From Marsupella aquatica (lineage: Eukaryota; Plantae; Marchantiophyta): a stretch of DNA of 64,000 nucleotides. Both the position numbers and the translations under genes were made by a program. This document shows positions 52,455 through 64,000 of the stretch, piece by piece. Position 1 is the first letter of the stretch. Each line of letters opens with the position of its first letter. The notes beneath the pieces were generated by a model. The model saw only the letters and a program-made list of their open reading frames with translations, was not told the DNA's origin and did not search any database. The stretch is from assembly GCA_973895155.1 (NCBI GenBank), contig OZ316894.1:20094451-20158450 (forward strand), in the 5' to 3' direction.

Positions 52455-53532
52455 AGCTTAGTCTCAATACCATTGGCCACTTTCTCAAGCAAAAGCTCTG
52501 CCCTGGACAGGTAGCGCCTCCACAAACGAGTTGATGCATTACTGTAGAAACTTGCTGAAAGCCTCGTAGAAACTTGAGTATGAAGTTGAACTGGATGGCT
52601 CTTGCCGTGTGACCATGGCTCTTGCCGTGTGACCATGCTAGCTTGGATAAATATACATGATGCACCCCATCATGAAAAAATGTTACTCATGATAGACCTT
52701 AAATTGACAAATTGAATATCTCTTGGGGTCTCATGGGGTCCATCAAGTAACATTTTTACACACCTCCATGGGAAGTTGTTTCCAAAATCCCTGGATGCAC
52801 ATGTAGCCACCTCAATATGATTTCTCACAAACAAGAATTGTTAGTTATGCAAGAAGAACCAAATTTGATTATTTGTGTTTGGCAAGACAAAGAATTAGAC
52901 TCTGTAACTGTAAAAACAATGGAAAACTTAAAAGTAACATTTTGAGTAAACAAAGACAAGGGTAAGATAAAGGTTAAATACAATAATTTGTGGATAAATT
53001 ATGATTCATATATAATATATGAGTGTATTTTGGTAGTTTGTTTCAATTTTCTATTTAATTTACACAGTTTTAAAATACTGACAAGTAGAAGGAATCTCTT
53101 CAACTGTTCTAACATTTACTCAGGAAACCCAATAAACTTTTCAACTTTTCTAGCACATACCAGTGTAACTTAAGAAACACTTTGGCTACTATGGATAGAG
53201 GAATAACAAACAAAGATAAGAAACACCATCATTACTATGGGTAGAGGAATACCAAGGGGCTCTAAGAACTTTCAACTACTACAACAAAGCAGGGGACAAA
53301 GTAATAATCTGCATGAACTATATGGAATGTTACATGTATTGTATAGACATAGAGGTAATTTTGCATGGAGAATTACCCTCAGTATTACCATAAATGTATT
53401 CTTATTTGTTGTCAATGAAATTATCCTAACTACCTTTAAAATTCACTTCATTTAGAATATTCCGTTTAATCTTTGTACTCATGTATCTATTCCAATGTGC
53501 AACTCTTCAGGACTCTAAATAGTTCAATAAAA

Positions 53533-53864
53533 TGTTAAGGATTGCTCTTAGTCTTGTGACTCATAGGTTACGGCACTCAGGCTAACCATAGTTAGGGTCT
53601 TAGCTGAGGTTAGGTTAGTCGTGTGTGACCTTGTATATACCAAGGCTAGTGTAAGCCGCTTGTGTGTGGTGCTTACTCATTGTAATGGAGCAACTTGAGA
53701 AAGAGAAAGAGCATGTGTGTTCGTCTACTTTTGATGTAAAGCTTGAGTGTTCGTGTGGACGTAGCCTTGGAGAAGAGGTGAACCACGTAGAGATTGTGTC
53801 GACTACGTGTGCATGAAATGAATAATGATTGGATCGTCATGAAGGAAGACGTCATAGTTCAACA
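53533..53864 (+). mobile_element. Solo LTR (related subfamily), 332 bp
   Basis: TGTT...AACA termini, TSD TAAAA (53528-53532 / 53865-53869), GTGGACGTAGCC...GGTGAACCACGTA. Confidence 0.88.
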
Positions 53865-56036
53865 TAAAAGAAGCTGACATAACCAAGGGGTCCTCCAACT
53901 CATTCAATTTAAAGATCGACCTATCCAGTATATCTCTAGCTAGCTTGCAAGGTAGACCATGGTAGCTCAAAAACACCCTAGCACCGAAATGGGGTCCACT
54001 CGTGATGAACCTGGCCGCAGGGAGGGACTGGGGCCAAGGAAGTCCCTTTCAAAACTAGGGAACCTGCCGAAGGTTCCTTCCCTCCAACATTGGCCACCCT
54101 GGAGAAAAAAGAAAAACCTAAAAAATGCTTGGAGAACCTAGGCCTCATGCATGCTTCCCCTTAGCCCTGACCCAAGTGGGGAGCTTTTCGGGTGCACTCC
54201 TGGGCGCTCTGATCAAGGTGAAGCGAACTATTGGGTGCATCGTTGAGCCCTCTGTGTTTTTATTATTTTATTATTGAATACAAAATTAGAGGTGAACAAT
54301 ACGAAATGTTTCTAGAGGTGAAAAAGTTCAAAAAAGTTATTCAAAAATAAAAGATTAGAATAATAATTAAGTATCCAGGGCAAATTTGTTTGGCACTGTA
54401 AATCTTTTATTATATTAAAATACACCTTTTTTTCTTACAAAAAGGGAAGGGAAGGTGGGGGGCGGAGGGGATGGGGTGGTGGGGTGCACAAACAGCAAGC
54501 AAAGGGGCAAAAACCACCCGAGCCAAAAGGACACAGAGCATCAAATGCCCCCGAGCAGGCAATGCCCACCCCCACGGAGGCCATGGGAGCCAGAGATTGA
54601 TATTAAAACACTAATTTATCAATGTACACTTTATTAAAAGAATATATATTTTTTCTATGATATTGTGCTATATTAAGTTTTTGTACAGGGCATGAGTAGC
54701 CCTGATATACCTTACCAAAACAAGCGTCCTTACCAAACACTAGAAATAGGATGCCCTAAACTGATCATCTGTACTAAAATAAACTAAGGAAAAGGATGTA
54801 AGTTATGAGACTGGTTAGTTACCCCTTACATTTCAGGTGAAGTATGAGGTTTCCTTTTGTATTTTGGGCAGGTTACACTTATGAATCATCCAGAAGCCTC
54901 CTCTTAGCAAAAGGTTTGTACCATCACAATGTCACCCTTAGATCCATGTAGGGTAAGATCTGATGGTTATTTGCGGTGAACAATTTCTAAAACTCTCCAA
55001 AAATACTCTTGGTATCATTCTCAAGCCACTTTAGCTGGAAGCAAATGTGGGAAAATTTGAAAGGAAACACTGCTGGGTATGTTCTGCTAACCAAACACAA
55101 CCAGTAAACTTTGGCAATCTATAGTAATAAAGGAAGCATGAAAACATCCCACTTTATTTCAAACTGCAAAAAAACAAAGAGACACGATCCCACAGGCTAA
55201 TAACCCAATCAAGGGGAGTCAACCAAAGAATCAAAAGGCCAGAGCTACCAAGTCAGGAGAACACCACTAAAACAACCAGCAATAAAGGACCTAAAATCCT
55301 TCCTATCAGCAAACACTTATGAGCCGGGTTGAACTCCAAGGTGAACTGCATGGGAGGGTCTAGTAAAAACAAACTCACTAGACACCCTCGAACTAACTTA
55401 CAACCTCATCCCTACAAAGAATGGTGAATCCTTGAGCCAACAAACACCCACTGATTAAAAAAGTCCGGCTAAAGAAGTCTGTGGCCTCTGAAGTGCACGA
55501 GACACCCCCTTACTAAAACAGTTGGGTGAAAAAAGTCCATATGACAAACACAAGTTGGTGATGGGTGCAAGGTCTCTGATCCCAGGGGATCATTTGTTGA
55601 TAGAATGCTTTGTCAGCAGGATCACAATAGAACGTCGCAAAGCTTCAAAATAATGGACGATGACATTTGGCCATAAATGAAATAGTCATAACTTTTTCAC
55701 AAAGTTCTGGAAAAGTTCTTTTTGCTTTTTATGTCACTAGCCTCTACAGTACTGGGCCTGTCTAAACAGTTCCAATAAGGGAGATCCCTGCCAAGTACAT
55801 AAAAATCTTTTATGACCAAGACATAACTCTCTACCGGCTACCTACATACATGTCCCATAAGAATTTTAGGCCCAAAAAGTTTCAGCTACTTTGACACACC
55901 CTAATGACATACTACCAATCCTTATGACAAAAAGTTATGGACTTTATTTCATAGTGAATAACTTTTTGTGTCCTTATTATTAACCAGTAACTACTGTAGG
56001 TAGTTAAGGTTAACTTTGTGTGTCCTTAACCAGTGA

Positions 56037-56326
56037 GTTAAGGTCCATCAAATTGTGAGCTTTGAGACACCTATGATGCAATGCTGTTAAGGTTCATCAA
56101 ATTGTCAGCTATGAGACCCCTATGATGCACAGCTAAGGTTCATCGAATTGTCAGCTACGTGACCCCTATGATGCACAGCTGTTAAGGTTCATCAAGTTGT
56201 TATGAGGCCCCTATGATGATTTGCTCTTTAAGGTACACAAAATTGTGAGCTATGAGACCCCTATGATGAATTGCTCTTATGGTTCATCAAGTTGTCAGCT
56301 TTTAGACCCTTATGATGCAATGCTAT
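56037..56326. repeat. Minisatellite, six ~46-50-bp units upstream of the globin gene
   Basis: Consensus gttaaggttcatcaaattgtcagctatgagacccctatgatgca..gct, head-to-tail with no unique spacers. Confidence 0.9.
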
Positions 56327-56723
56327 GTTATATCGCACGTTCCACTCCTGTACAGTCCTGGACGCGACGAACCTGCCTGCTCCAGGAATTGTGGTCAAAC
56401 GAAACGGATGCCTTTTGGACCACTCGCTGAGGTGCTGGCCAGCGTGGAGTGACCTCAGGCCATGGCCGAAGGACAATATCCTGACAGCATTTTACATATC
56501 ACTATTATTAATTTTGTTTCGCTGCTTGTCGACAGAATTTGCTCCAATTTTGCTGATAGAAATTGTTGACATCAGACAGTCTGTGGTCGCGGTCCCCTAT
56601 AGAATGTCAAGGTCCGGGCCGCCTATCGTCATCACGAAACTGGGTCCGAAGATGCGAGAGCGGGGCTCTCTAGAGAGCTGCTGCTAGGAAGGTATGAATG
56701 AGTGGAGCAGTGCTGCTTCTTTG

Positions 56724-56735
56724 TAATATATAAAG
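56724..56735 (+). promoter_or_regulatory. Candidate TATA box of the globin gene
   Basis: TAATATATAAAG; a 5' intron acceptor cattcag|G at 57787 precedes the ATG. Confidence 0.4.
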
Positions 56736-57813
56736 GGCAGGTACAAGACGGTGAATTTCACTTCAGACTACATACAGCAATCAGTTCCTCGTCAATATAT
56801 GAATGCAGTTTATTTTCTCATCGGCTGTTTTCTTGATCAAGTCGTGTTCCTTACCGCGATTTCCTGTCGTGATTCTGCTACCACACAACTCGCGCATCGT
56901 GTTTGCTAACTCACTGGTTGTTCCCTTGAACATTCTCCTTCAACGATTTGGGTGCTGGTTGCAATGGCAGCGTTAAGGACGACCATTACATCGGCGAAGC
57001 AGTCTCACGTTCCCATTCCAGGTGACCTCATGGTTCTCGCATATTCAATCGTAGCTATCTCCGAACGTCGTGGGGTCAAAATTAATGGTGAAATGTTGCA
57101 GTTCAACCTTCAAGAGTCTTTCCAGAGATTAACGATGAATGTCTGACATTTCTCTCGGCATCAAACGTTTTCGGAAGACAGTGCTTAGAGCAATTGAGGT
57201 TTATTTGACAGTGTTCAAGCTTTTAGAGTCTTTCCAGATATTATCAATGAAGTGTCTGACTTTCCTCTCGTTATCAAACAGTTCCGAAGACTGTCTTGGA
57301 AGGATACAGTTTTATTTGATCTCTTACACTCGATGCTATTAAGTTTTCGTGCTAACGATACCTCTTCTGACAGCTGGAAGAAATCTTCCTCGCCAAACGA
57401 CATCTAGCAGTGTGGTCCAATTTTCGATACGGAGACCCTCTGTGACCATTCTTAATGGCAAGTGTGGATCAGCTCTTAGGTGGACGAACAGCGGAGGACT
57501 TGGAAATTCACTATCTCACTTTCTACCTTGCAGATCTCAAACTGCTAAAGCTGGTAAGAAAAGCATGTCATTCCAGTTGAAGATCATGATCCAAACTCGG
57601 TCTACTATTCCGAGTTAGCATTCACCAGTATGGTTTCCCACCAATGCTCCATAATTAGCCTGTACAGAAATTTGTTGCCTTCCAACTTGGTCAATTTCAC
57701 TGTTAATTACGAGTGACTTATCGTAGACTCTGCTTTAGAACGTTGTTGCTGAAGTTGCATATCTTTGACATTGTAATGTACATTCAGGTCGTCCACAAAC
57801 AAACTTACAAGTG

Positions 57814-58953
<1,140 letters not shown>

Positions 58954-60659
58954 TCGACGTCCTTGGCTGGCTCGAAATTTCAGAACCAGAGAAAATGGTA
59001 GTATAGTTTCAATGATCTTGCTAGGTATATCTAGTGATTAGAGGAGCAAGGCAAGGCGTATTGTTTCAGAAGACGGTGGTAGGGACAGCCAGCGTGTGTA
59101 GTTAATATTCTTGGTCGTCTCATTGTGTATGCCGGCTTTAGTGCTAGCTGAATTTGGGGAAGTTACTGTGGGAATTTATAAAATTAGGGGGTAAAAACCA
59201 AGCATCTGTTGGAGATTCATTGTCTTTTTCATTGCTTGCCTTAACGCTGGCGAAATGGGAAAGTTCCATGAGAAGGATTCATAGACTCTACAGAGAAGCT
59301 AGCCTCATCCAGATGTTGAACCGTACGGGCCAGATAGGCTTGCGGCGAGTCTCATTCATTTTCAACATGCTCATCTGGTAGTCAAACCCTTGCAAAGTGT
59401 ATATTCAGAATCAACAAAATTGTTGACGATCGACCACATCCCCAGCAAAATTGTTGACGATCAACCACATCCCCAGAATGCAGTCTAATTGATTGTGGCC
59501 TACGTTTCATAATAAATTTTTCACACCATGGACAATTTGTGTGTCTACTACTGCCCTAGATCTAGCTGCTTTGATCGGCGGTACACTATTTGCCAGAGCG
59601 ACAAGACCGATCATTCGACTCTTCTTGCCAATTTTCTCATGACTGGGCAGAGTATCTACCTGAGCAGCTCCCAGCTGCACTATTTCAGATTTGGTGAAAA
59701 TATGTGGAAACAGGGGATAAGGCACTAAATTGCACACCTAGCACATGAGAGAATGTAGACTTTTTCATCCTCAGGGCAACTATATGTAGGCAAAAACTCA
59801 CTCATCCTTCCTCATCATGGAAAATTTGACAGTCTCAGAGCAGGGACCTAAGCACAGCCCCATACGTCTCAGACAAGGTGGACGGATGTACAAAAAAATC
59901 CGTGTAACTCTGCCAGAGTGTCAGTAAGAGGACAATGAGAGAATATTCTTGCATCGGGAGCAACGTTTGTTGTGCACTTCATTTGATGCCTCATCGACAT
60001 AACGTCCGAAGTATCCACAAAAAAGTATTCGGAAGGTATGCAACTCCGTGGACAGAAAATGAAGACAACAAATTCCTTCAGTGTCTGCGGGTAGCAGTCG
60101 TTCTCCTTAGCTAAGGGCTTCCCCAAAATATCCAATTTAACAACTAGCTGAGTAAATATCAGGAGAAGGTGTTAAGAACGTTCTCAGCTGTACGTTCACA
60201 TAAACTTCGCATGGTCCCAGCAATGCTCCTGACGCCGTGACAGCAGGTTTGCGTGATCGTCTTGGTCATTATAGTGGGTTGCCTCCTGGAAACAGCTGGT
60301 AATCTGCACTGTCGCAACATAACTAGCAACCTGAGGAGATTGCAGTGGGAGCCTTGCTTCCTTTAACAAGCATGAGTAGACCCTGATTGTCCCTTCCCCT
60401 AGGCGCTTTAGAAATGTTTGTCATATCCCCTGAGGTAGGGAATATAGCACATCTAATTAAGGACCTAGACAAACATTTCTTTCGAACTCCATGCTTCCAT
60501 CGTTATTAAGTGCCAAGTTCGAGTCCTGGAGCTTTATCCCTCACCCTCAAGCCCAAATCATCCCCATAGCACCTGTCCATCTCTTTCTTGGCTACAAGCC
60601 ATGGTGTCATCGAAATCTTAACCATTGTTACTGTCAAGTCCATTAGAGCAGGAGTTGTC

Positions 60660-60790
60660 AATTAACATCCGGGGGTAGCTGACAGTGACAACAACATGAT
60701 CATCCAATGCTCGCCGATGATTAACATCCGATGATCATGTTAATCCGATTAACATGATCATCGGTTGAATGATTAACATGATCATCCAAT
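60660..60790. repeat. Short degenerate repeats in the PPR 3' region
   Basis: Recurring attaacat / aacatgatcatc motifs. Confidence 0.55.
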
Positions 60791-60909
60791 GGACTCGCAT
60801 CGCCTGCTGAGAATTATGCTCTCTGGATGACGAAGTCAATCGGTGCATCACAAACAATCTCTTGCGTGCATTGCAGTAAAGTCGCACATATGCCAGACTT
60901 GCAATTGCT

Positions 60910-63001
60910 TCAAGAAACCTCACACCCTTCTTCAGATGTCGCACATTCTCCTTGAGTGGCACATGATACTTTCAGAACCTGGACGAATGTATCAGGAGCA
61001 GACTCAATTCCTTCTAATTCCATTTGGTAATATAGTGCTAACGCATTTTGACATTGCCCGCTATTGACATACCCCATAATCATTGCAGTCCAAGCAGCTA
61101 CATCCCATACGGGCATCTGGTTGAACACAGTCCATGCATCTTCTATGCTCCCACACTTAGCATACATATCGACTAGGCTGGTACCAACAAAAACATCTGA
61201 CTGACATTGGTTTTGCATGATATCTCCATGAACGCGCCTGCCTTCGTCCAGTGCCCCCAAACTCGTGCATGCATTGAGTATCACTGCAAACGTCGTAGGG
61301 ACTGGCGTCACACCTTGTTCTAGCATTTGCCTGTAAAGATCTACAGCCTTTGTTGCTAGCCCACATTTCACATATCCTGTAAGAATTGCATTCCAGGAGG
61401 CTACATTCCGATTTTCCATATCATCGAACACCTTCTTTGCCTCTTGCATTCTCCCACATTTGGCATACATGTCGACAAGAGATGTGCTGACAAAGACGTC
61501 AGATAAACAGCCACTTTGAATGATCTGGTCATGGACACACTTACCTTCTGCTAGTGCCCCTACGCTGGCACAGGCATTCAGAACCCCTACAAACGTGAGA
61601 GGTACTGGCTCAACCTGTCGCAATTCCATCAGCCCATACAGTTCTAATGCCTTTCGTCCTTGCCCACACTTAACATATCCCATGATCAAGGCAGTCCAAG
61701 AGGCCACATTGTCAGTGCCGGTCTTTTGGAAGACTTCCAGTGCCTCATCAATGCTCCCACATTTGGCATACATGTCAATTAGGCTGCTACTCACAAATGG
61801 ATCTGAATCGCAACCACTTTGAATGACTTGTGCATGTATTCGTTTCCCTTTTTTAAGTGCTCCAACATTTGCACAGGCATTTAGGACACCCACAAAGGTG
61901 ACAGCCGCTGGCTCCACCCGTGCCACTTTCATCAAGTCATACAATTGTAATGCCTTTTGTCCTTGATCACATTTCACATACCCTACAATCATGGCGGTCC
62001 AGGTAACGGCATCCTTTGCAGGCATCTTATTGAACACACGACGTGCATCCTCTGCGCTCCCACATTTAGAATACATATCAATAAGGCTGGTCCCTACAAA
62101 AAGATCCCGTTCCAAGCCACTTTCTATGATCAATGCATGGATCCGCTTGCCTTCCTCGAGGGCTCGTAAATTACCACATGCCTTGAGCACCGGGACAAAG
62201 GTGAATGTGTCCGGATTCCTCCCCTCGTTTTGCATCTGTTGAAAAAGCTCCAGCGCCTCAACCTCTTGCCCATCTCTTACATATCTCGCCAGTTTTTTAT
62301 TCCAGAACACAACCGGTAGTTCTACGGTTCCTGGTGCCATTGCAGCCAGCTCTACTTTCACCCATTCAGGATTTGAGTTGTCATGGATCCAAAGCGCTTC
62401 CCCTGTCTTCTTATGTTTGAAGTCGGGATATCTCGCACTTGTCTACCCACCAGAAAGCCCAAATCAAGTTCGTTAGTCGTTGAATTGTCATAACCCGAGG
62501 TTGATATAAACAGTCACGCCCTAAATTAACTACTATTCAAAGAAGCCATGTAGCAGCATCTTCTTACAATGAAAATCACTGTGATGTGCATTCCATTTTG
62601 CAAGGGATAAGTGAAGTATTCACCTTACCCAACCTATGGTCCCACCATTGCGATGGGTCGATGAAAAACTGTCTCCAGCGTTCTTCGACTACACTTTTCT
62701 TGCCTGCCACGATTCCAGGTTCGAAGTTGTAAATTGGGGCCAGCTTCTGGAGCTGTAAGCTCGATGACGATCGCCTCAAGGCACGGAACAGCACTGGTCC
62801 GAATCCAGTCCCGGCCGCTCCCATGAAGGGAGCTGGAGCGGAGGAAGACGAGCAGGGCATCGGCAGAGCCGAGCATGGAATCGGCGCTGTGGAACCCACA
62901 TAGGAGGAGCCAGCCTCCGATGCGAGCGAACAACGCATCAACGGAGCAGCAGCTGATGACGATCCTCCTCCTCCTCCTCCGCGCAGGAACGCAGCAGCCA
63001 T
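60910..63001 (-). CDS. Organelle-targeted PDF-motif (OSB-type)/PLS-class PPR fusion protein, 636 aa; exons 63001-62624, 62442-60910
   Basis: Phase-0 GT-AG intron joins two ORF-track entries, giving transit-like N-terminus + WRQFFIDPSQWWDHRLGK|TSARYPDFKHKKTGEALWIHDNSNPEWV + (P-L-S)x4-P-partial L; no E/DYW. Confidence 0.9.
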
Positions 63002-63003
63002 GC

Positions 63004-63266
63004 TCAATCACCTCTGGCACTCGAAGGACTACATTTGTGGGCGATTTCTTTCTTGAAGCTCTCTCGAGCCATGGTCACAATCAGCTGGGCCTAGAATGAC
63101 TGCCTTTGTGCGCATTTCTTGAGGGGTGCACTGTCGATTTGTGCTCACTGCTTTCCCTCCCTCTCGGTGACATTCTCATGCCTGCCTTTCTGCCTGCGTG
63201 CCACGAAGCTTTTGCCCTCTCACCAAGGCAAGAACACGAACGAAATCGAGAACGAGCAATTGCCAT
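63004..63266 (-). promoter_or_regulatory. Two consecutive upstream ORFs (63266-63081, 61 aa; 63072-63004, 22 aa) before the PPR ATG
   Basis: gccaccATGG and gtgaccATGG contexts; gaps of 8 nt and 2 nt to the next ATG. Confidence 0.45.
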
Positions 63267-63351
63267 GGTGGCAAAAATACAGACTTCAATGAATTCCTCT
63301 GTTTGGCTGAAGAAAATCCAAAATCCCGGATTGTGTGGCCCTATTGAATAT

Positions 63352-63518
63352 TAGGGACTAGGGGAGGGAGAGAGAAAAGGCCTTGATGGCCACTCCAGGG
63401 AAACAAACCCCTGACAAGGCCCCCTTTCTCTAAGGGATTTGTTGGGCCCCAAGTCCCCGTAGCCCATGTACTCCTCCATTGTCAGCCAGCTTGGTACTAT
63501 GGAAGCCTAGTGTCCCTA
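63352..63518. mobile_element. Possible MITE with TAGGG...CCCTA termini
   Basis: tagggactagg / cctagtgtcccta imperfect TIR; internal segment resembles the reverse complement of ~54010-54050. Confidence 0.35.
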
Positions 63519-64000
63519 CCAACCAAGTTTTTTTTAAAGGTTTTTACTCTCTTTTTTCAGAGTGGCGAATGTCATCTGGTGTGAAGTCCTTATATAATTT
63601 TATTAGATTTGGGCAAAGGTCACGTGGTGTGAAGTGGAAGATTCTCAGAATGTTCCACATATAGTTTTCTTAAATTAATTTGAACATTAGATCTCCACAG
63701 ATTGAATGCCAACTAGATTCTGGTAAATGGGGTTGTGGCTAGGTGAGAATTTGGCAAATACTTGCACTTTAAAAATTCACTTCCTTCCCTCCTTCTGGCC
63801 GCCATGTTGCAGCATGTGTTGGCATTCTAGAGGCTTCCTTGCAACCTACAAAAGGAGAGCAAGAGGCAGATAGAAAAGTTCTGGGTTTGCGCTAGGGCAT
63901 CTCAAAGTAGCCCTTCCCCAGTTAGTTTCTATACCCAGATTGCTATGGGTTGGATCATGGGATGTTTCTCCACTAATTGGTAAAGTGAGGACATGGTTGC

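Noticed and set aside
56037-56326. CRISPR-like array
   Set aside because: Units abut with no unique spacers, eukaryotic context, no cas genes; it is a minisatellite.
60510-60535. GTTCGAGTCC B-box suggesting a tRNA
   Set aside because: No D-arm, anticodon arm or correctly spaced acceptor stem.
60100-60900. Detached E/DYW exon for the PPR gene
   Set aside because: No HSE/CxxCH/DYW-like coding found by eye on the minus strand.
62818-62836. Partial miR159/319 target site in PPR exon 1
   Set aside because: Only 11 nt match, and the miRNA 5' region is mismatched.

Overview
Eukaryotic (land-plant) nuclear DNA with spliceosomal introns, so the supplied ORF track (GTG/TTG starts, no splicing) mis-starts or fragments most genes; I rebuilt exon structures by hand and checked frame continuity. 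The likely source is a bryophyte, probably a non-Marchantia liverwort (inference from a ZTL/FKF1 gene, PLS-class PPR style and bryophyte-type globin). Genes: TPC1 two-pore channel (intronless CDS), a 2-exon basic RGG orphan, a 1258-aa acidic membrane-anchored orphan, an RlmL-like THUMP RNA methyltransferase, ATP-citrate lyase B (intronless CDS), ZTL/FKF1 photoreceptor, ELP4 (first intron is a U12 AT-AC intron whose donor is duplicated), a phytoglobin (GC-AG intron) and a PPR gene. Intergenic DNA holds three related solo LTRs with perfect 5-bp TSDs, a tRNA-like SINE with a verifiable empty site, LINE/MITE relics and many local tandem duplications. Best novelty candidate: splicing reveals a PPR protein in which an OSB-type PDF ssDNA-binding motif is fused to a PLS RNA-binding array lacking E/DYW editing domains, preceded by two tightly chained uORFs.
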